Of a DNA stretch of 20,000 nt, positions 7,653 through 15,833 are shown piece after piece (the stretch's first letter is position 1; each line of letters opens with the position of its first letter). Source of the stretch: an uncultured virus (IMG/VR IMGVR_UViG_3300042545_002012) (lineage: Duplodnaviria > Heunggongvirae > Uroviricota > Caudoviricetes); IMG/VR virus record IMGVR_UViG_3300042545_002012, one strand, 5' to 3'. A program made the translations under genes and the position numbers. Under the pieces are notes generated by a model, which did no database searches, was not told where the DNA came from, and worked only from the letters and a program-made list of their open reading frames with translations.

Positions 7653-7922
7653 ATGACATTAGAGCTAAGACCAGAGTTAAAGTCAGAGAGAAAAACTTAC
7701 ACATTAAGGATTAATCCTGAGCTAAAGAAGCGTGTAGATTTTTGGGCTGTAGAGCGTGGTTGCCGCCCTTGCGATGTGATTGACGATCTAATTGCTAATG
7801 GCTTGCTAGATCCCGCGATCGCAAAAAATGAACCGCCAGCAGAAAAACTGCAATCAATAGAGGATTTGCGTAAAGCATTAGGTAATGGTGAGATGGCAAA
7901 AGCTAAGGAGCATGTGGCATGA
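7653..7922 (+). CDS. Ribbon-helix-helix (Arc/CopG-like) regulator
   Basis: RKTYTLRINPELKKRVDFWAVERG beta-alpha-alpha pattern; TATACT -10-like hexamer at 7621-7626 upstream. Confidence 0.7.
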   Translation: MTLELRPELKSERKTYTLRINPELKKRVDFWAVERGCRPCDVIDDLIANGLLDPAIAKNEPPAEKLQSIEDLRKALGNGEMAKAKEHVA

Positions 7923-8131
7923 ATTACAGTTTTATTGGCGGCGATCGCAGTGGATGGGTTCGTATTTTTGATAAGAGCAAAAAGTCAAAACCAAGCGTTA
8001 AAATTTCTGGCGCTGATTTGATTGATTTTCTCGAAGGTCATCGCAAAGCCGATCATCATGGCGCGATGCAACGCAATCTCGAAAAGTTCTACAAAGCGAC
8101 GATCGCTAAGTCTGATGAGGTGGCGGCGTGA
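7919..8131 (+). CDS. Hypothetical protein
   Basis: ATGA overlap with GGAG RBS. Confidence 0.6.
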   Translation: MNYSFIGGDRSGWVRIFDKSKKSKPSVKISGADLIDFLEGHRKADHHGAMQRNLEKFYKATIAKSDEVAA

Positions 8132-8343
8132 GTAGTTGTCTTAGATGCAAGTATCTACAAACCAAAGATGAAGTAGATTTGCTGTATCGCATCGGTAAAA
8201 CCTCTCTGTCATGCAGTAATGGTGATGCTGTTTTCGCAGGATACAAAGAATGGGAACGACTAGATCCCAAGCTCGTGAAAGATTATCCTAAAACCTGTGG
8301 ACAGTTTGAAAAGGCGATCGCTAATCAGGAGTGTGTGGCGTGA
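8128..8343 (+). CDS. Small Cys-rich hypothetical protein (CxxC...C...C)
   Basis: GTGA overlap with GAGGTGG RBS. Confidence 0.6.
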   Translation: MSSCLRCKYLQTKDEVDLLYRIGKTSLSCSNGDAVFAGYKEWERLDPKLVKDYPKTCGQFEKAIANQECVA

Positions 8344-8552
8344 GTGAAACTTTTGGCGACGCTTACCGCAAATTAAACGAAATCAAAAAGCAATTGGCTT
8401 CAAAAGGATTTACAAAGTTCAAAGGGATCGGCGGTTGGTATCCTATATCAACTCTTGACCAGCCCGAAAGAGATGCTAGCTACCAGATTACTAGCGATCG
8501 CTTAATCATCACAAGAGCTAACGGTTTAATTTTGGAATTTGAGGTCAAATAA
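8340..8552 (+). CDS. Hypothetical protein; probable start GTG 8340
   Basis: GTGA overlap with AGGAG RBS. Confidence 0.55.
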   Translation: MSETFGDAYRKLNEIKKQLASKGFTKFKGIGGWYPISTLDQPERDASYQITSDRLIITRANGLILEFEVK

Positions 8553-8554
8553 TT

Positions 8555-9127
8555 ATGAATGAAAGACTACGTTTGTCGATAACTTTCAATCATCCACCTT
8601 ATCCCAATAAACCTGTATCTTTGCCAATAAAAACGCTTGAAGAAACAATCAAGGAAGTACTTGCAGAGAGAGATAAAAAGATAGCGTTAGGTATCATACC
8701 TAATGAAGAAATTGATGTTATCGGATCGTGTGAATATAAATTCAAGGTGTTATCTCGCAGCAACTTTAAACCGTGCGATTTTCACGCTGATTTTATTAAG
8801 GCGATTGATTATTTTAAATTTCCTAAAATTTATCTTGATTCTGTCAACAGTTTTAATGCTTTCCCAGAAAGTAGAGGGATCTATTTTTGCACTAGAAATT
8901 CTGAGGTTTGGTACGTTGGCAAAGCCAATAACTTTCGATCTAGATGGCGAAATCATCACAAGCTTGAAGCATTAAAAACGATTAAAGATGTTGTGATTTA
9001 TTTCCAAGAAATTGACAAATTTTCTAGCGAAGAAATTCATAAAGCTGAGCAAGAGTATATTGAAATGCTCCAGCCAGTTTTTAACAACACATCAAACCCT
9101 GAAAAGTATTTAAGGATTGCATTATGA
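8555..9127 (+). CDS. GIY-YIG nuclease domain protein
   Basis: GIYF...WYVGKANNFRSRWRNHH...EQEYI...QPVFN, containing the GIY, YVG, Arg, His, Glu and Asn signatures. Confidence 0.85.
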   Translation: MNERLRLSITFNHPPYPNKPVSLPIKTLEETIKEVLAERDKKIALGIIPNEEIDVIGSCEYKFKVLSRSNFKPCDFHADFIKAIDYFKFPKIYLDSVNSFNAFPESRGIYFCTRNSEVWYVGKANNFRSRWRNHHKLEALKTIKDVVIYFQEIDKFSSEEIHKAEQEYIEMLQPVFNNTSNPEKYLRIAL

Positions 9128-9984
9128 GATTTTTTACGCATGAAATTGCATCACGCAATGACGATCGCATTTTTCAGCTAATCGATATTCACGGGTTAGG
9201 AGGTTACGGATTTTTTTGGGTAATTCTTGAGGAACTTTACGGTTCTGAAGAAAACGGATTTCAAATCGAAGCAACTGCGATTTGGATGAAACGCTTGGCG
9301 CGATCGCTAAATATTACTGACGATCGCACAATGATCCGATATTTTGACACGTTGGCAGATTTAGGGCTTATAGATAAGCAGCTTTGGCAAGAACATATTA
9401 TTTATAGCCAAGGCGTGATGAACCGATCCGATGCTTACATGCAGCGTAAAGCAAAAGAAGCAGAAAAGAAGCGCAGACAACGATCTCAGGCTAAAGAGTC
9501 CCAAGAGACAATAGAGTCTGTCCCTAGGGAGTCCCTAGGGACAGAAGATGTGTCCCTCAATGTCCCTCTTCCAGATCCATATTCATATTCAGATCCAAAT
9601 ACAAATTCAAATGTAGAGAAGAATATATATACGTCGATTCAAAAAATTTCTGATTCCGATTTTGATGTTTTCAAAGAAATTTGGAATAGAGATCGCCCGA
9701 AACATTGGGCAGAATGCCAAAGCCTGAATAAAGACCGAATTTCTAAACTTAAAAAGTTTACTCGTGAAAATGGCGATCGCAGTTTAGAGATTTTTCAGGA
9801 CGCTTTGAGCTATGCCAGATCGGATCATTGGTGTAACAAGCCGCAGACTAAACTCACGATCGATAATTTCTTGACCAACAATAAGCCTGTCAGTTGGGCA
9901 GAAAAAGCAGCGTCACGCGATTTTGTTGGTGTCTCAGTAGGAAATACACATGAAGACTGGTTAAATGCCTTAGAGGGGCTATAA
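9124..9984 (+). CDS. Phage replication initiator/replisome organizer (DUF4373/Lin1244-like N-terminal wHTH)
   Basis: FFTHEIASRNDDRI..L....G..GYG.FW.ILEELY N-terminus, charged helix, low-complexity linker carrying iterons, and a C-terminal F...WN...W...TIDNFL domain. Confidence 0.8.
   Translation: MRFFTHEIASRNDDRIFQLIDIHGLGGYGFFWVILEELYGSEENGFQIEATAIWMKRLARSLNITDDRTMIRYFDTLADLGLIDKQLWQEHIIYSQGVMNRSDAYMQRKAKEAEKKRRQRSQAKESQETIESVPRESLGTEDVSLNVPLPDPYSYSDPNTNSNVEKNIYTSIQKISDSDFDVFKEIWNRDRPKHWAECQSLNKDRISKLKKFTRENGDRSLEIFQDALSYARSDHWCNKPQTKLTIDNFLTNNKPVSWAEKAASRDFVGVSVGNTHEDWLNALEGL
9498..9630. other. Putative phage replication origin inside the initiator gene
   Basis: GTCCC repeats at 9498, 9520, 9531, 9552 and 9562; perfect inverted repeat TCTGTCCCTAGGGA-G-TCCCTAGGGACAGA (9517-9545); AT-rich tract downstream. 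Confidence 0.7.
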
Positions 9985-9988
9985 AACG

Positions 9989-10450
9989 ATGATTGACAAA
10001 ATTGTTTTTTCTGAAGAGCTAAAAGATCTTGCTGATTGGTTTTCTAAATCAATTTCTGACTCAATGAAAGCCCGTTTGTATTTGATTCTTAGTTCCGAGC
10101 TTTCAACTGAAGAATTTCAGCAGTCAATAATCTGGGCATACAAAAACTGTAAATTCTTCCCCGCCCCTATTGAATTAATTAATGCAGTCCTTGGCACTCT
10201 TGACGATCGCGCCTTGATTGACTGGGCAAATATTTCTAGAGATACCTCTTTACTTTCCCCTGTTGGACGTAAAGCGCTACAAGCGATCGGCGGCTCTAGT
10301 ACTGTTCGCTTTAGTGAAAAACCTGAATTTCTGAGAAAAGAATTTTTTACTGCATACAAAGCGTTTGCTGTAAAAGCCGCACCCGATGATTTACGATCAC
10401 GCCAAATTGAATCGCAAGAAGCTAAAACTTTAATGGGAGTAAATGATTAA
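9989..10450 (+). CDS. Initiator-associated protein (DUF6475/helicase-loader-inhibitor-like)
   Basis: KFFPAPIELI, ALQAIGG and FLRKEFFTAY motifs; lies directly after the initiator. Confidence 0.6.
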   Translation: MIDKIVFSEELKDLADWFSKSISDSMKARLYLILSSELSTEEFQQSIIWAYKNCKFFPAPIELINAVLGTLDDRALIDWANISRDTSLLSPVGRKALQAIGGSSTVRFSEKPEFLRKEFFTAYKAFAVKAAPDDLRSRQIESQEAKTLMGVND

Positions 10451-10452
10451 TT

Positions 10453-11016
10453 ATGAAATTACAAGCAGTCAAGATTGAGCGTGTAACCGATGGCGATCGC
10501 GAAATACAATTACCTTTCAAGTGCTTTGCTTGTCACGATGGCGGATTGGTTGGAGGTAAATTTTTAGCCGAGTTTGTGGAAGGTGAAAGCGATATACCTT
10601 TTATCTGCAATCGTGATGAATGTGAAGCGGGGAAACTTAGGCGATCTGCGTGGTCTGCAAATACTGATCGTGATTATCAGAATGCTTTTGATGTAAGGCT
10701 TGATCGCTACAATTGCAACGATATCCACAATTGGGAAAAAGATATTTTTCTTAAGGATATTATCAAACGGAATCAAAACAAGCCTGTAATCATTGAGTTC
10801 TCTGAGGCTGTAGAACGCCGCCAAACTATCATCGCAAGGATTAAAACCGTAGCTACTGCACTAGGTGGATTGCAAGAGAATTTTGATAAAGCTGTGAAGT
10901 TTTACAGCAATCAAGACTCAACTGACTATCCAAGTTGGGAAGCTCTTTCTAATGCAGCTCTTGAGGTTTTACTCAAGAAAGTGGAGCAGAAGCTGAGTGA
11001 AAGCGATGATTTCTAA
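10453..11016 (+). CDS. Hypothetical protein with a probable Zn-binding site (CFACHDGG...C....C..G)
   Basis: Four spaced cysteines; operonic spacing. Confidence 0.65.
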   Translation: MKLQAVKIERVTDGDREIQLPFKCFACHDGGLVGGKFLAEFVEGESDIPFICNRDECEAGKLRRSAWSANTDRDYQNAFDVRLDRYNCNDIHNWEKDIFLKDIIKRNQNKPVIIEFSEAVERRQTIIARIKTVATALGGLQENFDKAVKFYSNQDSTDYPSWEALSNAALEVLLKKVEQKLSESDDF

Positions 11017-11446
11017 CTTTCCGTTTGACTTTTCCAATTACATTACATCAGTAAAAACAGAATTGGAACTAATCGCCGCCTACATTGGCAAAGATGAAAC
11101 CCAAAAAATCCTAACAATAGCACTGCAAGAGATAGGCGAAATCTCTCCCCCTGTAGTGACTACAACTGCGATGATTAAAGACCCTTACGACTATATTTTG
11201 TTGGCTGGAAAGCTAGTAGAAAAGCGTAAAACCCTAGTAAATCAGCGCAAAGATTTAGATAACGAACTCAAAGAAAATCTAACTTTACTTGAAGCGAAAC
11301 TTGGTGAAATCCCAATAAGCGATCGCCTTGCTGCTTGGCTCTCTAAATACAAGTTGAGAACTGGCTCTGAGGTTGAGACTGTTTCCCAAATTGCTGATAT
11401 TACCACGATTAAAAAATTAATAACATCATTGAAATCTTTACTATGA
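10997..11446 (+). CDS. Hypothetical coiled-coil protein; start may be ATG 11006
   Basis: Long ORF in the operon; ATGA overlap with the next gene. Confidence 0.6.
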   Translation: MKAMISNFPFDFSNYITSVKTELELIAAYIGKDETQKILTIALQEIGEISPPVVTTTAMIKDPYDYILLAGKLVEKRKTLVNQRKDLDNELKENLTLLEAKLGEIPISDRLAAWLSKYKLRTGSEVETVSQIADITTIKKLITSLKSLL

Positions 11447-11676
11447 AAAAAGCATCTCGCGATTTACGCAAATTGAATAGACTGCATCGCAATCATTCTT
11501 GTCATAATTGCAAGTATTTTTGGGTTGAACATACTGAAGCTTGTTGGGTTATGGAAGAAACTCTTGAGATTTATTGTGATAACCCAACCACTCCACAATA
11601 CAAAGCCGAAGAAGAGCTTGATTGGGATTTGTTGGATTCCAACCCTTTGACTTGTGGCGGCTACGCTTCCAAATAA
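11443..11676 (+). CDS. Small Cys-rich hypothetical protein
   Basis: CHNC...C...C...C; ATGA overlap. Confidence 0.6.
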   Translation: MKKASRDLRKLNRLHRNHSCHNCKYFWVEHTEACWVMEETLEIYCDNPTTPQYKAEEELDWDLLDSNPLTCGGYASK

Positions 11677-11686
11677 TTATAAAACT

Positions 11687-12850
11687 ATGAAACCATCCCT
11701 ACCCATCTGCATCCCCTCTATCCCAGATCCCACAAACAGCCCCGTAATATGGCGACAAGTTGCGCCGATCCTAAGTGCGATCGCAGAACATGAGCAAAGG
11801 CGCAAGCTGAAAGATGATCGCGCTATTGCCACTAATGCGTTATTCGTAGCTCGGTATTTGGTGTATAAAAATCAATGGGCTAGCCTATGGCAGTCGCTAT
11901 TAGATCGCAACGTTTTGCATATTGGTGACGCGCCAAAACTACAACCGCCAAAAGCTAAGCCAGAACCAGAGTTAGAGACGATCGCATCTCCACCGCCAAA
12001 ACCAAAAAGCGATCGCCCAAAGACAAAGCCGCCCAAGAATGTTGCAAAGCCGAAAGCCAAAAAGCAACGTAAGCGGATTCGTAACCGCGAAAGATTAACA
12101 GATCGCAAATCACCAACGTACTTATATGTTTTTGCGTGTTTAAAGCCTTGTTTGAGTGGTTTGCTATCAATCCTAAATCTATACAGCTTTTTTGCCTACA
12201 GTGCCCCGTTATGCCCACGACAAAAACCACCGATCCGCGATCGCCCCGATGGTCAGCGGATCAAAGCTTTGCTTGCTTACAAGGCTAGCGGAGGTGAATA
12301 TGCAAGCCTAAAAGTGTATCTACCATCGCTCAAAAAACGGTATAGGATGCACCCTGATGTTCAGAAACTTTTATTAGATTGGAGTAATCCAAAACGCACA
12401 CGCACCCGCAAGAAAGTTGAATCAGACAAAGCCAAGGGAGTCGCTAAACGGATAATCTCGACTGAGCAGATTAACTCAGTGCTTACCGATAAATGGCAGG
12501 ATGCCGTAACAATTGCTTACAAGCTAAATGATCTGCTAGGCGAGAATATTGAGCTAAGAAAATTATCCAAACTTCTCTACAATCGCTCTGTAGCAGGGGA
12601 AATCCATCGCTACAATCGTGATCATCATGAGATTTCTTTCTTCTCACGGGTGCAAGCAACAGAATTTGAGAACGAATGGATGACGCTAGAGATGGCTTAT
12701 CAATTGGCTGTGTCGCGAGGTTGTCCATTTGCTAGGAATACCTTTAGGAAAACCCACAGATTCGATTACAGCGCTTACGGATTAGAGTTCCGTAAAGCCG
12801 CCCCTGACAACGAGTGCAGTCTGCTACGGTATCGCGATATCCAGCCATAG
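11687..12850 (+). CDS. Large basic hypothetical protein with Pro/Lys-rich linker and possible C-terminal wHTH-like DNA-binding domains
   Basis: Long ORF; probable start ATG 11687; last gene of the replication operon. Confidence 0.65.
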   Translation: MKPSLPICIPSIPDPTNSPVIWRQVAPILSAIAEHEQRRKLKDDRAIATNALFVARYLVYKNQWASLWQSLLDRNVLHIGDAPKLQPPKAKPEPELETIASPPPKPKSDRPKTKPPKNVAKPKAKKQRKRIRNRERLTDRKSPTYLYVFACLKPCLSGLLSILNLYSFFAYSAPLCPRQKPPIRDRPDGQRIKALLAYKASGGEYASLKVYLPSLKKRYRMHPDVQKLLLDWSNPKRTRTRKKVESDKAKGVAKRIISTEQINSVLTDKWQDAVTIAYKLNDLLGENIELRKLSKLLYNRSVAGEIHRYNRDHHEISFFSRVQATEFENEWMTLEMAYQLAVSRGCPFARNTFRKTHRFDYSAYGLEFRKAAPDNECSLLRYRDIQP

Positions 12851-12887
12851 ATTTTAGTCTATGCTTTGCGGGTTTATTGTGATGGAT
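12846..12887. repeat. Copy 2 of dispersed dyad element CATAGA-N6-TCTATGCTTTGCGGG...ATGGAT
   Basis: CATAGA-ttttag-TCTATG; same arms, same 6-nt spacer length and ATGGAT at the same +36 offset as copy 1. Confidence 0.75.
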
Positions 12888-12903
12888 AACTATGATTTTG
12901 AGC

Positions 12904-12932
12904 TAGTATATTTAGTATATTCGGTATATATT
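12904..12932 (+). promoter_or_regulatory. Tandem 9-bp repeats overlapping a -10-like element
   Basis: TAGTATATT-TAGTATATT-CGGTATATA(TT) in an AT-rich intergenic region. Confidence 0.45.
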
Positions 12933-13136
12933 GTTTATCAGTTAGATAACGGATCAAACATTATTAAAATTGAGGGTAAAGCATATGTAATCGGGTAGCA
13001 ATACCTATTCTCTTGCAAAGAATTATCACCTGTGGTCAAGGTTGCAAGGCGCGATCACACTCTCACTAAAGCTAACAAGCAAAATCACGCGATCAAGGGT
13101 AGGCGCGATCGCATTATTAAATTATTTGGAGAGGGT

Positions 13137-13352
13137 ATGAGTAATTTATTTTTCTATGAGTATGAACTGCAACCAAAAAACAGCCCAAAGAGCAGCAGCA
13201 TAATCGTAAGTGGGCTAGTCAATCCCCCGATTATGAATCCTGATGACGCGGAATACATACTACTAGCGATTAGGAGCGATATTGTCAACAGAAAAGGATG
13301 TTCGCTAGATGAGTTTAATCAAGGGCGTTTGATTAGTATTGTGAGGGTGTAA
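13137..13352 (+). CDS. Hypothetical protein; start moved from 13032 to ATG 13137
   Basis: GGAGAGGG RBS directly upstream; TAATG overlap with the next gene. Confidence 0.6.
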   Translation: MSNLFFYEYELQPKNSPKSSSIIVSGLVNPPIMNPDDAEYILLAIRSDIVNRKGCSLDEFNQGRLISIVRV

Positions 13353-13633
13353 TGATTGCAGAATATAAACCCTTAACCAAGTTTCGTGCGTCTCTAACCT
13401 CCCTATGCCGTGCTGTGCAAGCTGGTAAAAAGGAGGTAATCGTAACATTCCACCAGCAACCTGTTTTCAAGGTAGTGAAACTCAAAAATGATGAGATTGA
13501 GCCATCAATCCCAGAAAGAAGCTTTGTCCAAGTTGTTAGAAATCAATCTGATTTCTTAGATGCAATTGAACGGTACGATGCGGTTATTTTGACTGCGAGA
13601 AACAAACGATTAGTTAGGTGTGAAAAGATATGA
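13352..13633 (+). CDS. Phd/YefM-like DNA-binding protein with two tandem Phd-like units
   Basis: KFRASLTSLCRAVQAGKKEVIVTFHQQPVFKVV and a second unit QVVRNQSDFLDAIERYDAVILTARNKRLVRC. Confidence 0.65.
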   Translation: MIAEYKPLTKFRASLTSLCRAVQAGKKEVIVTFHQQPVFKVVKLKNDEIEPSIPERSFVQVVRNQSDFLDAIERYDAVILTARNKRLVRCEKI

Positions 13634-13848
13634 CCAAAAAACTAGTATGGGTTACGAATGTTTGGGCTAAGCCAGATCCTATCAGTATGGCTCAGATTGT
13701 AGGGAACCCAATTATTTATACAGTTGAGCAACAGATGGAGTGGCGATCGCAATTTATTCAAGGCGATCCGCAAGCCACTAAAACCGATTCTGTTGCATCT
13801 CTAAAAGCTATTGGAATGATTGGACTTTACAAGGAGGTGGAAGAATGA
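13630..13848 (+). CDS. Hypothetical protein
   Basis: ATGA overlaps at both ends. Confidence 0.6.
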   Translation: MTKKLVWVTNVWAKPDPISMAQIVGNPIIYTVEQQMEWRSQFIQGDPQATKTDSVASLKAIGMIGLYKEVEE

Positions 13849-14033
13849 ACGCACAAATCAGACAAGATGCGATCGCAGGAACAGAACAAGCCATCGATAA
13901 GCTTGTAGAGTCGGTACGCGATCGCATGGCAGTTCACGGTATTGGTAAAGCTGTAGTTGATCGCCAAATTAATCAGGACTTGGCGGCGTATCGGATGTTG
14001 AAAGATGAATGGAAGGAGTTGAAAGGATTATGA
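13845..14033 (+). CDS. Hypothetical protein
   Basis: Strong AAGGAGGT RBS; ATGA overlap. Confidence 0.65.
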   Translation: MNAQIRQDAIAGTEQAIDKLVESVRDRMAVHGIGKAVVDRQINQDLAAYRMLKDEWKELKGL

Positions 14034-14209
14034 CACAGTGTAAAAATAAGCACACAGGCGAAATTGCAGAGTATTTAAGATCTGAAAACGTCAAAATTTA
14101 TCCTAATTCTGTTCGCGTCCACATTCTTTTTATAGATGGCAAAGAAGAAAGATGGAATGATCATTTTTTTGATGCATGTTGGAAGTTTCTACCTGAACCA
14201 AAATCATGA
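14030..14209 (+). CDS. Hypothetical protein; probable start ATG 14030
   Basis: ATGA overlap with AAGGAG RBS. Confidence 0.6.
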   Translation: MTQCKNKHTGEIAEYLRSENVKIYPNSVRVHILFIDGKEERWNDHFFDACWKFLPEPKS

Positions 14210-14364
14210 ATAAAATAATCGACACAATCACCACCACCATGCAAACATCTCACGATTGCAGCCAGTGCGCTCTTCGCAACTCATGCGATCGCACTCCGTT
14301 ACAGAATGCATGGAGAGAATTGAATCAGCGTTGTAGTTTGTGGAAGGTGTGGAATCATGAGTAA
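14206..14364 (+). CDS. 52-aa Cys-rich protein absent from the ORF track (MNKIIDTITTTMQTSHDCSQCALRNSCDRTPLQNAWRELNQRCSLWKVWNHE)
   Basis: Manual translation; ATGA overlap upstream and 8-nt overlap with DUF5131; CxxC...C...C. Confidence 0.55.
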   Translation: MNKIIDTITTTMQTSHDCSQCALRNSCDRTPLQNAWRELNQRCSLWKVWNHE

Positions 14365-15112
14365 AATTGAATGGACTGATGTAACTGATAACCCAATCAC
14401 CGTCAAAGGCGGTGGTCATTGGTGTAGGAAAATCTCGGAAGGTTGCGCCAATTGCTATGCCGAAGCTATCAACACAGGTAATCGCTTTGACTTTGCCAGT
14501 GGATTAACCTATACGGGCAAAGCTCCAGAACTAGAGCTTAACTACGAAATGCTTGCTAAGTGGGCAAGGATGCGATCGCCTAAACGTCATTTTGTTTGCT
14601 CTATGACAGATTGGTGCGGTGATTGGATTCCTAGAGAGTGGCAATTAGAGATGATTCAAGCTATGGCTTTCTCTCACAATCAGACGTTTATGCTCTTGTC
14701 CAAACGTGCTGACACCCTTTTGCAAGTTGTAAATGATTGGTGTGCTAGATCTGGTTTTCCCTTTCTCCCTAGCAATATATGGTTAGGCGTTTCGGTTGAG
14801 AGCCAAGGCACGGCGTTGAAACGCCTTGATACGATCGCTGCAATTAAACAGCTTGGAGGCAATACTTTTGTCAGTTTTGAGCCACTACTAGAAGAGGTTT
14901 ATATCGGCGCTTATGCCCAATACATTGACCTCGCGATCGTCGGCGCTGAATCTGGTAAGGGCGCTAGACCGATGGATGAGGATTGGGTGCGATCGCTGCG
15001 GGATGAAGTCAAAGCTGCTAACAAGGCTTTCTTTTATAAACAAAGGGCAGTCAATGGTAAAAAGATTTCATTGCCTGAATTGGATGGGAAAGTATGGAGT
15101 GAATTGCCATGA
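14357..15112 (+). CDS. DUF5131 (phage Gp37/Gp68) family protein, radical-SAM-like
   Basis: MSKIEWTD.T.NP, CRKISEGCANCYA (Cx6CxxC), FVCSMTD, NIWLGVSVE, FVSFEPLL, IVGAESG..ARPM..WVRSLRD and FFYKQ. Confidence 0.92.
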   Translation: MSKIEWTDVTDNPITVKGGGHWCRKISEGCANCYAEAINTGNRFDFASGLTYTGKAPELELNYEMLAKWARMRSPKRHFVCSMTDWCGDWIPREWQLEMIQAMAFSHNQTFMLLSKRADTLLQVVNDWCARSGFPFLPSNIWLGVSVESQGTALKRLDTIAAIKQLGGNTFVSFEPLLEEVYIGAYAQYIDLAIVGAESGKGARPMDEDWVRSLRDEVKAANKAFFYKQRAVNGKKISLPELDGKVWSELP

Positions 15113-15282
15113 ATGACTTACCGCCCGAAAAAGAATTTACTCACATGATGTTTTGCCAACAAATCCAAAACATCGATCTAGAAGCAGCTAAGCAGCTACT
15201 CATTGAGCTACATCTGCTGTATTTGGGGCAGCAAGCATTGATGGTCAAGATTGCTAAAAATGAGTTTTTAGGAGGGTTGTAA
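15109..15282 (+). CDS. nblA: NblA phycobilisome-degradation adaptor homologue, 57 aa, absent from the ORF track
   Basis: Manual translation MNDLPPEKEFTHMMFCQQIQNIDLEAAKQLLIELHLLYLGQQALMVKIAKNEFLGGL fits the NblA pattern L..E.EF....F..Q.Q......AK..L..L; ATGA overlap upstream and TAATG overlap downstream. Confidence 0.8.
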   Translation: MNDLPPEKEFTHMMFCQQIQNIDLEAAKQLLIELHLLYLGQQALMVKIAKNEFLGGL

Positions 15283-15833
15283 TGATCGCAATACAAGAAA
15301 ACCTATTTACTCTAGATTGTGTTCTCACAAATGAGGATGAATCGAACGATGAGAATTATACGAGCTATTACGTTGTAGAACCATTTCGAGAATTAGTTAA
15401 AGGCTTCCATCTTGATCCATTTTCTTGCTTAAGAGCAAATCAAGTCATCCAAGCTCAAACCTTTTGGACTAAAGCTGATGACGCATTTAGCAAGGATTGG
15501 ACTCCTTATCTTAATAAATGGGTTAACCCTCCTTACTCCAAAGGCAACATTGAGAGGGCAGTAGAGATGGTTTTAACCTATGCACACATAGGTAATACCT
15601 TCCTGCTTACGAATAGTAATACTTCTAGCAATTGGTTTTTGGATGCTCAAAATTATTCTGCGTGTTACCTAACTTTTAACCATCGGCTTGAGTTCACAAA
15701 CCCTAAGAACGATGGCAAAAAGAAAAAATCTGGCAATGACACAAGCCAGACTTTATTCTATTTTGGTAAGTTCACAGCTAAAAAATTTAAGGCTTGCTGT
15801 GGGCATCTTGGCAATGTATCTGTAACTATATGA
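15282..15833 (+). CDS. Phage-type DNA N6-adenine methyltransferase
   Basis: DENYT, FHLDPFS, DAFSKDW, catalytic WVNPPYS, NTSSNWF and RLEF. Confidence 0.85.
   Translation: MIAIQENLFTLDCVLTNEDESNDENYTSYYVVEPFRELVKGFHLDPFSCLRANQVIQAQTFWTKADDAFSKDWTPYLNKWVNPPYSKGNIERAVEMVLTYAHIGNTFLLTNSNTSSNWFLDAQNYSACYLTFNHRLEFTNPKNDGKKKKSGNDTSQTLFYFGKFTAKKFKACCGHLGNVSVTI

Noticed and set aside
10453..11016. Cys-containing ORF as a displaced csf1
   Set aside because: It lies in the replication operon 4 kb from the cas genes and shows no Csf1-like features beyond the cysteines.
12904..12930. Cyanobacterial LexA box
   Set aside because: The AGTAT repeats are direct and do not form the AGTAC-N-GTACT-type dyad.
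13137..13848. Complete type II toxin-antitoxin module around the Phd-like gene
   Set aside because: Neither neighbour shows RelE, PIN, Doc or MazF motifs.
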